DNA from: Lingula anatina
Taxonomy: Eukaryota; Animalia; Brachiopoda
DNA: 64,000 bases
Reading direction: 5' to 3'
Assembly (NCBI GenBank): GCA_051362555.1
Contig: CM120641.1
Location: forward strand, 4,836,001 to 4,900,000
The notes beneath the pieces were generated by a model. It saw only the letters and a list, made by a program, of their open reading frames with translations. It searched no databases and had not been told where the DNA came from. The first letter of the stretch is position 1. The number at the start of each line of letters is the position of its first letter. A program made the translations under genes and the position numbers. Positions 1 to 10,941 of the stretch are shown here, one piece after another.

Positions 1-2084
1 TTTATGTTTTGATCAAATTTGACCGCCGCGCTGAGCAATTCTATGCAGATAATAAATATGTAAGGGGACAGAGGATCACCCTGTCTAACACCCCGAGTGA
101 CATTAAAGAATTCTGTTAGATGTCCATTATTTTCCACTGCAGTGGAAACATTAAAGTAAAGGGTTTTGAACCAGTTTTAAATATCTTCACTAAAATGAAA
201 AAAATTTAAGACACTGCAAAATATATGCCCACTCTACAGAATCAAAAGCTTTTTCGAAATCTAGCATTAGCAAAATTCCTGAAATGTCATCTTTTTCTGT
301 TTTATGGATGATATCTTGAATAGTTCTGGAACATTCGCCTATATAGCGACCTTTAACAAATCCAGCCTGTGTAAAAGAGATGATATCGTCAATGTGTAAT
401 TGGATTCTGGCTGCTATGCAAGCAGAAGCAAGTTTGTAATCAACGTTCAGCAAAGTAATTGGACGCCAATTCTTAAGGAATACTTTCTCCTTCCCCTCCT
501 TTGGTATACACTTGATTATACCTTGGCGTTGAGATGTAGACATTGACTGTACTTCAAAGGATTTATTCAGTGACCTAAGCAGAGGCTCTTTGAGATCAGT
601 CCAAAAGAATTTATTAAATTCTACCGTATAGCCATCTAAACCAGTAGATTTTCCATTCTTCATTTTCTTAAGTACTTTGAGACATTCTGTTTGGGACAGA
701 GAGCCATTCATAGTAATCTTTTTTTCTTCTGGAAGTTTTTTAATAAATGGGTTTTCGTCACTGAAAAAGGTATAACTATGGACGTTATCCATTAGAGTGT
801 CTTTTGATTGGTAGAAATCGCTATAGTAGCTTTTTTGTTCTTTTAAGATATCGTGGATATTTGTTATTTCTTTTCCGTCCTTCCTCCTCAATTTAGATAT
901 TGATTTCTCACAATAATTCCTTTTTTCTAAATTAAGAAAATATTTTGAACTTTTTTCTCCTTCTACTTTCCATTTTGCTTTTGCCCTTAAAATAATCCCC
1001 TCAATTTTTTTGTCACGTATACTTTTTAATTCATCTTCTTTTCCCTGAATTGCCAACCGAATAGTCTCATCATCCCTGTTGTTTAGAGAGCCATATAATT
1101 TGTTCAATTCTTCACTTATTATTTTTTTCTTCTTTTTCTGCTTCTCTCTTTTTAAAGGATGCGTACTTAATCGTTTCACCTCTAATACTAAATTTTAAGG
1201 TTTCTCAGAGCAAACAATCGTCAATATTAAATTCTGCCATTTCCACGTTTTCATTATCGTCTGTCCTGTACTGCTTTATCACTTCTTTTATGTTTTTTTA
1301 AATTAAGTCTACATAATTCCAATCGCCTAACAGACTGTTGTTGAATTTCCACGTCCCCCTTCCTCTCTCAATTTGAATAAAATTAATCTCCATGTTTACT
1401 GGGGAGTGGTCTGATTTATAAGCAAAATCCATGCCAGCAGCTACAGCTATGTCTTGTAAATCAGAAGAAATAAAAAAAATAGTCAAGTCTGCTTTTTTTC
1501 TTATTTGGTCCAAACCACGTAAATTTTCTACATTCCGCATTCATTTCTCGCCAAATATCAATTAAATCCAAACTGTCCATTATGCGGACAATTTCTCGAT
1601 TTGCCTTTGTGTTGTTGTTGTGTAGGTAATTATCGGTGTCAGTTATGTAATCAAGTAGGACGTTCCAGTCACCCCCAAGTATTATCGAGGTATTTCCAAT
1701 TACTTCAATTTTATTTTGAATCTCCTTAAAGAAAAACGGATCGTCATTGCTTGGTCCATAAATAGCACCTAGCGTGAGTCTCGTACCCCGAATTTCAATG
1801 TCTAGTAATAGGTAACTACCTCTAAGATCTTTAATCTCTTTGTGGATTTTAAAGTCAAAGGAAGATTTGAATAAGATGCCAACACCTCTTTTATAACTAG
1901 TTAGTGAACAAAAAACCGCGTCCCCACCCCATTCATTTTTCCACAAGCTTTCGTTTATCTTCTCACTGTGAGTATCAATCAATATAGCGATGTCATATTT
2001 GGACCTGCATTTATGAAAAATATCTCTCCTTTTCACCGTATTGCTACTGAGTCCTCGACAATTCAGACTTACTATTTTAACCAT
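1..2084 (-). pseudogene. LINE ORF2p (AP endonuclease + reverse transcriptase), disrupted and truncated by the window edge
   Basis: EN motifs: SLNCRGL, IDTH, GGDWN, SRLDY, SDHSPV, WKFNNSLL. RT motifs: WRPITLLNVDYKL, QAGFVKGR, LDFEKAFDSVEW, RGVRQGDPLSPYIF (near 50-100). In-frame stops at 1298-1300 (TAA) and 1205-1207 (TGA for W in LLWETLK). Frameshifts in homopolymers near 1475, 1125, 200 and 177. Confidence 0.93.
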
Positions 2085-2748
2085 TACTAGAATCTAATAA
2101 CAAACATTTAACCAATAAAAGGGACGATACTTCCGCAAGTAGTCTAGGCATTATCAACACGTAAACACATACATTCACACAAATCGACACCACAGACAAA
2201 CATTAACGGTACAACACTGAGTGGTAAACACATATATCAGGAAGCCTCCTCTTCAGACAGCTGTTGCCTATCCTGCGAATGATAGCATGACTATATACAG
2301 TACAAACAGGAAAACCCCTCTGTCTCTGCAAAAAACAATGTTCATGTAATTATCCAATATTCACATAATCTCATTTTCGTATATGTAGATTAATTTTTAA
2401 AAAATTGGCGTAATGAGTTTCAGGCTGAAGTAAAGCCACCCGTTACTCTTTTACATACATCCAGTAAGTCTCATATATATCAGGTCTTTTAGAGAGGTAT
2501 ACGTAAAACACATAATAATCTAGAGAAATGACATATAGTTTCTATACCACTGGCACAATCGTACCTCCAGACTGTAACAGGTACGTAAACTACAAAACGA
2601 TGTACCACATACCTATCATGAGAGAATTTATATAGTTCGCATTAGATCCATTCTCCTCTTTAAGCAATATCTCATATTTGATTAGAGGGAGAATGGAATG
2701 TAACTCATCATATATTCGTTTTAATCAAAATATATTTGGTTTAATGTT

Positions 2749-3684
2749 TTATTTTCTTATTTTAACTTTCTTGTCAATGTCATCGTCAATAGAAAATCTC
2801 ATTCTCTGGCCAGTGTGTTTCACTTTACCGTACACACTCCCATTATAAAACCACGACTGTTCAATTTGCTCGTTTTCCTTTAGGCGCTGCAGTAATTGAG
2901 CGTTTAGTTTGGTAATATCGTCAGCCAGCCGAACACCTTTGTCATGCCTTTTCAAGGTAGATCTACTCCGCATTATACGTACCTTGATTTCCGTGTTTTT
3001 AACATGCATAAGAATTGGCCGTGGAGACCCTTGCCGACCGGGAATTCGGTGCACCGCCGTGATGTCATCAGCCGTTATCTGTACTTCTCCCTGTTCCTTA
3101 AGCACCTTGCACACAACATCCCGAGTGTTTTCATGTTCCTTCTCTATCACCCCGTAGATTTTAATGTTATTTTTCCGGGAATATTGTTCATTATAGTTCG
3201 CCATTTTGATAGCATTGTTTGACGCATAGTTTGCTTGCTCCACTGTTTCCGTGAGCTTTCTGAGAGACTTTTCTTTTCCCGCTAGCTGTTCTCGGAGAGC
3301 GTCATTTTCCAATTCCAGTGAATCGATTCTTTCCCTTAGCTCTCCAATATCCAATTTATACTTGTCTTCTAATTTTTCTAGGTTTGTTCCGATTTCGTCT
3401 TTGAAATTAAGTAGAAGTTTAGTGACAGTTTCCGCGACCATTTCTTGCACAATGTCTTTTAGATCATTTGTTTTTACAGTATTTTTTATTTCAGATTCTA
3501 TTTCGTCTAGCTTTACCAAAATTAACGATGTTTCTTCCGTACTTGTGTTAGAAACTTCACTATGGGATCTTTTTGCTGGCTGACTGTTAGATTTCTTGTC
3601 AGCTGTGGTTTTCATTCTGTCTGTCATAGAGCTCTTTGAATCTTTACTCATGTCAAAGTATTTTGATTTATTATTTGAGCTCAT
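2749..3684 (-). CDS. LINE ORF1p (L1/Transposase_22-like RNA-binding protein), 311 aa, open frame
   Basis: Likely start MSSNNKSKYF at 3684; the track's extension to 3825 only reads through a microsatellite. A heptad coiled coil (LRERIDSLELENDALREQL) is followed by EQYSRKNNIKIYGVIE, ITAVHRIPG and PRPIL motifs typical of L1-type ORF1 RRM/CTD. Confidence 0.88.
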   Translation of the reverse strand: MSSNNKSKYFDMSKDSKSSMTDRMKTTADKKSNSQPAKRSHSEVSNTSTEETSLILVKLDEIESEIKNTVKTNDLKDIVQEMVAETVTKLLLNFKDEIGTNLEKLEDKYKLDIGELRERIDSLELENDALREQLAGKEKSLRKLTETVEQANYASNNAIKMANYNEQYSRKNNIKIYGVIEKEHENTRDVVCKVLKEQGEVQITADDITAVHRIPGRQGSPRPILMHVKNTEIKVRIMRSRSTLKRHDKGVRLADDITKLNAQLLQRLKENEQIEQSWFYNGSVYGKVKHTGQRMRFSIDDDIDKKVKIRK

Positions 3685-3688
3685 TGTG

Positions 3689-3741
<53 letters not shown>
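3689..3741. repeat. Compound (TA)n(GA)n microsatellite in the LINE 5'UTR, immediately upstream of the ORF1 ATG
   Basis: atatatatat...agagagagag read directly. Confidence 0.95.
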
Positions 3742-3743
<2 letters not shown>

Positions 3744-4388
3744 TATTTTCGAGGCAATAAGGCCGACTTGAAACTATTGTTATCCAGTGAGCAGTACTCA
3801 CCGATGCAACCGTATTGAAGAGCACTTGTCACGATCTATTGTCAGTTGTATAGTCATGGTATACGTTATGATGAATGTCAAAATAAAGCTTGATGACAAA
3901 AAATAAGTCAGCTAAGCAGCTTTCATTCGCAGGAGACAGTTAGTATTCACACATTTATGTATCCATAGCTTTAATATTTCTTACCGATTGTTTGAATTTG
4001 TAAGAAAATCTAGGAGCGCTCTTACGGTCGCTGTCTCCTCCTTGGCCTCGTTCTCGTTTTTTTGTAACGTTCATCTTTGCGATGCTTAGAATGATACGGC
4101 ATAGCTATATATAGTTTTTCGGGTGCACATGCTACACAACTTAACCATAACATTAAAAGTATAAATACAACAGAGCATAGAGAGGTAAACTGCATAAATA
4201 AAATTGTTATAATAATAGCGTTTTCATTAAAACGCTTATTTATAGCGAATTAATAAATCACGATTCTTTTTGTGCGCACACATATCTGGAATATTTCAAT
4301 TACGTTCGTTACTGGGTATATTTGAGATAAAATGCACCCCTACGCTATATAAACGAACAAAAAGTACATTAAAAATAATGGGGTCTAA

Positions 4389-6407
4389 TTAGACTTGTGT
4401 GTCATTATCATCTGAACTTCTATTAGTTTGTTGAATTCGTTTCAAAAGTGAAAGTTTCATCTTTTTCCAAAACTCCGCCCTTTTGTGTTCATTTTCTTCC
4501 TCCGGCCATTCCAGATAGGTCACGTGACGCTTCATGAGTCTAAGCGTCTTGGGAAGCTGTTTATAAGGTATCTGTTCGAGAAACACAACAATGATCGCCC
4601 CACGCCTCTCCCGCAACACCTTTGCCTGAGTAATGTCAACCTCGTACTTACACCAATCACTTTTAATAAAGTTGTGCGAGATTATCAGTATAGTGGCTCT
4701 GCTTGCCTCCATTTTTTCCACTATGTTGTCTATGATGTATTCCCCAGGTAAGAAATCTCTTGAATGGATACACACTTTAAAGCTTATATCCTGACCTTTA
4801 CCTTGACCCTGGTCGGTACTCTGACCTTCACCCTCCACGTGCGGGAGAAATTGCCTCACAATCCACTCCTCACTACTGCCGGCGTAAGCAACGAAGGCGT
4901 CATATTCATAATGTGCTTGGTTCTTATTACATCTTACGTAGCTTTTACGAAAACGACTCTGTCTTCTTAGATGCCAACAGTATACGATGTCCAGACGATG
5001 ATATGCGACAATACTTGCCAATCCCGCAACTACCACAACTCCGGCTCCTACACATATGAAAACAAAAGGAACCGTGTAACATGTTATCCAATCAGGATCA
5101 AAGTCTCGTAACCTGGTGTTTGTGAGCTCGGCGGGAACACCACACGTTTGGTTGTCTCCCTCTAATGCCCGTATGGTTGGATTTCTGATCCAAGCGGAGA
5201 ACCTGCTATTTTCGCAGTTACAGAAAAAATTGTTTTTCTCGACGTTAAGGTAACGAAGTGCGGTGTTTTGCTGTAGCATATCCACATCGACAGTAAAGAG
5301 CCTGTTATTACTAAGATCCAGATGCACCAGTGAATATAAAACGTTTATTGAAGAATCAATACTTTTCAGAAAATTGCTCGATAGATCCAGATATTCTAAA
5401 CGAGGTACCTTGGAAAACATGTTCGCCGGAAGTGATATCATGTTGTTTGAAGCTAGCACTAGTATTCCCAGATTAGGTAAAGAAGATTTGAAAATGTTAG
5501 GAAGTGTTTTGCCTCTCCAAATTCTTCTGCAAAATAAATCGTTACCCGCCAAATCCAGTTCATACAGTCCCGATAGCCCTACAAACAAAGACCTGCCGTC
5601 ATCAGAATCCGGTACACAAAGCGCGTTGTTCCTGTAATGAAGTTTGACCAGTGAGGACATGTTTTGGATGTAAAATGTACAGCCCGTATCCCACAGGTAC
5701 AATTCGTTCAGGGAAGTCAACATCGTTAAATTGAGATATTGGTTAGACAATGGATTATATGTCAGATCGAGATATTGTAAATGTTTATGAAATGGAAAAT
5801 CTATCTGCCTCGTATGGGTGGACCCGAAAGAATTTCCTATGGCAACCAACTTTTGCAGGTTAACAAAGCTCGAAAGTATTTTATAAAGAACTTCCATATC
5901 GTAAATTTCGTTGTAACCAATGTCCAGCTTGATAAGCGACGATGACATATTTGAACTTGTTGGAAATGTACTGGCAATCGTTGATATACGGTTTATTTGA
6001 AAATAGGCTCTCTTCAAATTTGGAAGTAGCGCAATGAATCTTGGCAAATCAACGAGTGAGTTCTTCTGAAATGACACGTTCTGAAGTTCATTTAGTTCCA
6101 AGAGAGCACCATGCTCTATTGTTTCTAAATTACATTCCGACATGTCGAGCTCTTTCAGGCCAAGAAGGCCACTGAAAGTTCCATTTCTTAATGTTTCGAT
6201 CCTCCCTGATATTCTAAGAGACGTAGTATGGAGCGGTAGTTCGGGAAGATCACCCTCAGTCATGTTGGTGCAATTCACGCTCAGTCCCCGGTTGTCGTCA
6301 GTGCACGTGCATTTACGGGGACAGAGAGCACCAGTGAAAACGACCCTTACATTGGCAATGAAAAAAACACCCAAAAATAACAGAGGTCTACGAGTTCCGA
6401 AATTCAT
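4389..6407 (-). CDS. Toll-like receptor, single exon, single-cysteine-cluster (vertebrate-like) type, 672 aa
   Basis: Signal peptide (PLLFLGVFFIANVRVVFTG), LRRNT (CPRKCTC...VNC), about a dozen LxxLxLxxN repeats, LRRCT (NNFFCNC...TCGVPAEL), TM helix (FVFICVGAGVVVVAGLASIVAY), and TIR box1 YEYDAFVAY, BB loop CIHSRDFLPG, SDWCKYE, YLEWP, box3 FWKKM. Confidence 0.97.
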   Translation of the reverse strand: MNFGTRRPLLFLGVFFIANVRVVFTGALCPRKCTCTDDNRGLSVNCTNMTEGDLPELPLHTTSLRISGRIETLRNGTFSGLLGLKELDMSECNLETIEHGALLELNELQNVSFQKNSLVDLPRFIALLPNLKRAYFQINRISTIASTFPTSSNMSSSLIKLDIGYNEIYDMEVLYKILSSFVNLQKLVAIGNSFGSTHTRQIDFPFHKHLQYLDLTYNPLSNQYLNLTMLTSLNELYLWDTGCTFYIQNMSSLVKLHYRNNALCVPDSDDGRSLFVGLSGLYELDLAGNDLFCRRIWRGKTLPNIFKSSLPNLGILVLASNNMISLPANMFSKVPRLEYLDLSSNFLKSIDSSINVLYSLVHLDLSNNRLFTVDVDMLQQNTALRYLNVEKNNFFCNCENSRFSAWIRNPTIRALEGDNQTCGVPAELTNTRLRDFDPDWITCYTVPFVFICVGAGVVVVAGLASIVAYHRLDIVYCWHLRRQSRFRKSYVRCNKNQAHYEYDAFVAYAGSSEEWIVRQFLPHVEGEGQSTDQGQGKGQDISFKVCIHSRDFLPGEYIIDNIVEKMEASRATILIISHNFIKSDWCKYEVDITQAKVLRERRGAIIVVFLEQIPYKQLPKTLRLMKRHVTYLEWPEEENEHKRAEFWKKMKLSLLKRIQQTNRSSDDNDTQV

Positions 6408-6632
6408 GGTAGCTCGCCGCTCTGTTGTGCTTGTCGGAATTGTTCGTCAGTTAAAATGTCAGAAAATGAATAATTTTAGGCAAAAGCCGTAGGCACCACT
6501 GCCGGTCTACAAGCAAAAATAGCGCACGCTGTATTAAAACCAGTGTTGAACGCGACAGAGTGAGTAAACCACGCGCTGTAACTAGTAATCAAAATTTTAA
6601 ATGTTGTTTTGTAACAAAGTCTACGCAACACA

Positions 6633-6662
6633 GGAAGCTCCCTTTTGTGTCAACCTACGTCA
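6633..6662 (-). promoter_or_regulatory. Candidate NF-kB site (GGGAGCTTCC) plus CRE/ATF-like TGACGTA upstream of the TLR
   Basis: The reverse complement of 6633-6642 fits GGGRNYYYCC, ~225 bp upstream of the ATG; tacgtca is at 6656-6662. Motif match only. Confidence 0.35.
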
Positions 6663-8064
6663 TTTTACGTTGGCAGGTGAAAAAAGAATTAGGCCCACTT
6701 AGAACTCGTGTTGAAATTGTATATGTTTGCTCTATGTCATATGAACCAGAAAGGGGTGTGGAGGGTAAAGTCATGTTTGGTATTAATTATCTTTAAATGG
6801 TGCAGCGTGGTAAAATGGTCCATGAATGAGAGAAAATATGGTTGTGCCTCGTTTTTATCTTTAAAATGGTGGAAAGAAACACACTGTATCCGTAGAAAGA
6901 AAAAAATCTGAAATAGCTCACATATTTTTTCGTTTTTTCTGTGTTATCTTAAACCTGGGAGCATATATAAGTTGTGTCACATCTACTCTTTCATTTTGCA
7001 TGAAATTCTGTTATCTGTGTTCTGTTGGTTAATTAGCAGCCACGAAGTGGCGTTAAATTATTGAAAAATTGTCACCTGTTCCCCTATTTTTTTGACTCAT
7101 GGACGAAGTAGGCCCACTTAAAAATCCGCTTTGTGCACACTCACAATGCTGAAAAGAATGCGTTTAAGATTTATCTTGTAAATCTGGCGCGTGAACTGGA
7201 TCTTTACCATGCATTTGAATAGAACCAGCTAGGTAAACCTTTGTATATATAGTCTTCGTTACATACACACGTACACACACAAATAGTTCTTAGAAACCCG
7301 CTGTTGACTTAAGCATTGAGGTTGAAAATAGGCGCCCACCTGATAGGGGAAAAGTTGTCTAGAAAAGCTCTTTCCTTAAAAGAATCATAGGGCCAAACAA
7401 TTTTCACTGTGCACGAAGATAAACAGTTAAAGAATGCCCTCAAAAAATTCAATAAACGAAAGCTGCGCCAACATATAGATAATCACTACTGTATATAAAG
7501 GCACACCAGTGAACAATTGAAAGTTTTTCATTTTAAGGCGGGAAAGGGGTATGATGGGCTAGAAATAATGTTTTGGGGTTTCTTATGTGTTTAAAATAAC
7601 CAAAAACCTATGTAATGTTGAATGAAATAATGTTTTTTGAGTCTAGATCGAAAAATCTACCTAGGTGAGTTTTTCAACCCGCATGTGCCGCAGGCAGACT
7701 GACGACTACGCCACGCCTCCGTAAGGTTGTATGATTGTATTGTATTTTTGTGGACTATATTCGTTTCTACTGCCATTTCATAAAATATCCTGTAGTGATT
7801 TATTGATTGAATTTTTTCTAAACTTATCAAAATTTTAAAAGTCGCCATTCTTATCTAAAAGATCTTACTCTTCTTATCTTGATTGATTGTTTGATCTATG
7901 GCAAGTACCAAGTGGCGTCAAAACAATCTTACCTGTCAAAAACTACTATTAACACAAGTGACGGGCACTTTATCCCTACCAATACAAACAATATCATCTG
8001 ATCACTTAATACTTAATCACCCTTATAATCTGAAACAAATCCGTCAAGCTCTGCTGGAAGAACG

Positions 8065-8099
<35 letters not shown>

Positions 8100-8489
8100 A
8101 CACACACTCACACAGACCTGTAACCCTTGTTGGACGCATGCCGCGCTGTCAACAGGAGCTAATTGCAGTACACCGTAGACGCACACGCTAACAATTAATA
8201 ATAATATTAATAATAAGAAATTTATTTGAAGCACTGCAACAAAAAGATAAATGACTTTGAATAAAAAATCATAAAGTAAAAGATTTACATAAGGATTAAA
8301 TTAAATAAACACAGGCCTGTAAAAGTTTGTTGCAGAAAACGACAAGAACTGCATCTTGCAAAACGACAGAAATATCAGAAAATGGATAGGTACAAGAATT
8401 TAGAAAATAAATTCCAATTGGGCCAGGTATGAGACCACTAGAAGCCGTTACCCTCAGATGTCCTGACAGGCTGCCTCTGTTGAAAAATG

Positions 8490-8672
8490 CCCCTGCGATT
8501 GTTTTGAACATGTTCAAAATTTTGCAGCGACTATGGCGTCCACGGAGACGCTTGACTGTATGTGTGCGATCTCAACGATCACCGTGCGTTCTTTGAGCGT
8601 CCAGCGGCAAACTGGCCAGTTTCATGGTCGTACAAGGGACGCACTAGGGCCGCCGTTCAGTATAGAAGGGGA
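8490..8672. mobile_element. Probable non-autonomous DNA transposon (MITE) fragment
   Basis: CpG-rich patch with a perfect 18-bp palindrome TTTTGAACATGTTCAAAA (8502-8519), a core I associate with aquatic-animal MITEs. Ends not resolved. Confidence 0.4.
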
Positions 8673-9890
8673 TGTTAACTGATGTAAGACTTATGACCTG
8701 TTACCGCACTGATGATCGGCTTATAATAACTTTGACCCCCCCCCCTCCTCTCCCACATGGCAATGGTCCTTATCACTGGAGGCGTGGCTTAGTCGAGTAA
8801 TTTACATCCGGTATTGATTACGCTTGGGAGAAATGTCGACCCACAGCTTAGACCAGGAAGTTTTTTTTCACTTGACTTACGTTCAAAACACCAATTTTAC
8901 GTCATTCATCGGGTGGCTAAAAAAGATTACAAATGTCAAAATTCAATAGTTTCAACAAATTTAAAGAAATTGTAATAAAATCTGGGATATTTTGGTAAAA
9001 TGTTTTTTAAAATAAATGCTAAAAATTTCATGACTACCTTTCTTAGTTTTGACACCTCGAAAGAATTGAAATCTTAAGTCGAAAAATGATGCCGCCCTAT
9101 GTAACTTCTGACAAATACAAATTTCTGGCAGTTTTGACACCTGTCAATGTGCTTTTGATTGATGTAATATCAAATCTGTTTCACTTTAACACCTGAAATT
9201 TTCAGGGTTGAGCAATAATAATGTATCGAAAACCTGAACTGCTGAAGTTATTGAACTTTGAAATTTATATAATTGGCTTTTGACTTTCAAAACTCAGTGT
9301 TAAAACGTTGTATCGTTTTCATATTTTGTAACACACGTAGTGCTAAAAAAGGAATATAGAGTCTTGTTGGGGTGATACAAGTGGTTTATTCTTCTCTATT
9401 GTCTATACCAGTTGTAAAATACTCGTCAACGACAACGACGACGCCGACGGTTTTAACTGAAATAAAAAATTAAATAAATAAATAAAATATCGAACTACTT
9501 TATGTAATGCAATAATTACAATGGGAATAATCTAGAATGCTGTAATTGAGAAATCTGCAATAGCACAATATGGCACAATTTAGGCATCCAACATCTTTGA
9601 GACAACTAGCACAATTTGTGTAACATGAGACAGCAGAGAAAGCATGCGGTGCATTACTCCTTCAGAATATCTAACTGAACCTTAAACATGTTTTACTTAT
9701 AAAAATTCTACCACATAAGACAAGGTGTGTCATAAAACCATTAAATGTCACAGCAAAGAACTAGTACAGTGTAGATAAATCAATTAAAATCAAACTGGGT
9801 CAAACTGCTTCTCAGTAAGCGTTAAACTCAAAAAACCAGCCAAAAACAACAATTCACTTAACTAAGCGCATCTAAATTTCTCTCTTGCTA

Positions 9891-9935
<45 letters not shown>

Positions 9936-10910
9936 ACATTAAAAACAATTTTACTTACATTCCTGGTCAGACAGGGATCACAAAGGTGTACACTTGGTTT
10001 AAAAAACTGCTAGTATTGTGAAAACACGTTTTCTCCTCTCTAGATCAGACAAAGGAATGAGATGTGCAGTGAAATTTAAGCCACCCCTAGGAATGTCGTT
10101 AAAAAGCAATCAAAGGAAACTATTTGCTAGCTAACACTTTCTATGGGCAATAGGGGTCAGCATATTACTACCTACTTTGATTCAGCTAGCTAAATTTTGC
10201 CAGGTGTTACATATTTGTCTCACATTTCCACAGGTGCCAGGTTTTTCTCCATTTTTTAAAAAATAAATAAACATATTTGAAAAGTTCTTTTATTTAAATC
10301 TAACAAATTTTGACAATTATTTAATCAGAACGGAAATCATTGTATGACATTCCTTACATAGAGTTATTTTTTACATCTTATAATCACTGTTCCGTAATAC
10401 TCGGCGAATACTTACACTGACTATTTACTGCTTTGAAGCCATCTGTCAACACGAGGCATTTGCTAATGTGATCGCACCTTTGGTGAATTTAACGACAGAT
10501 AAAAGAGTGAATCGCCAAATCAATTTCAACACTGTACCGGAATTACCACTGTTTTGTTGTTGTTTGCGATGGTAATATATAATTGATCAACACGAGTCCA
10601 GAATCCGGTGAAATATGGCGTTTTATTCTTTCCTATCAAATGATTTCTTTATACATAATTTCTGGAAGGATCTAGAACACGGTGATAATGCAAAACTGTG
10701 TTTTTCTCTGATTTAGCCGTTCTTCTATGCTACTTGAATAGCTGTGAGAAATAAGCTGCATCTCTACTGTTGTTACTGCTATTACTGTTAAGTGGCGGAT
10801 GTGGACTTTATATATCCACACACGTGCTGTTAAGAAGCTCACAATATTTATAGATTCAGCGGTCATACCAGTGTATCAAGTTCGAGGGAAGGTTTGCCTC
10901 TTATTTACTG

Positions 10911-10940
10911 TTTTGTTTTGTTTTGTTTTGTTTTGTTTTG
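10911..10940. repeat. (TTTTG)6 microsatellite
   Basis: Read directly; it abuts the TLR relic. Confidence 0.95.
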
Positions 10941-10941
10941 C

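Larger units (their letters stand above)
1..4056 (-). mobile_element. L1/Tx1-clade non-LTR retrotransposon with its 5' end present; 3' part lies outside the window; inactive
   Basis: Order on the minus strand is 5'UTR, ORF1 (coiled coil + RRM-like), a 664-bp spacer, then ORF2 (APE endonuclease + RT). The 5' boundary is placed where homology of the flank to the duplicate locus at 10942 stops (~4056-4063). Confidence 0.92.

Noticed and set aside
3685-3825. N-terminal extension of ORF1 shown in the ORF track (358 aa)
   Set aside because: It starts at a non-ATG codon and translates the (TC)n(TA)n microsatellite (SLSLSL/YIYIYI). The ATG at 3684 is the plausible start.
2909-6492. Plus-strand ORFs overlapping ORF1 and the TLR
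   Set aside because: Antisense shadows of real coding sequence with no recognisable motifs.
6689-7121. Repeated TAGGCCCACTTA upstream of the TLR
   Set aside because: Only 12 bp occurring twice, with no further homology or known function.
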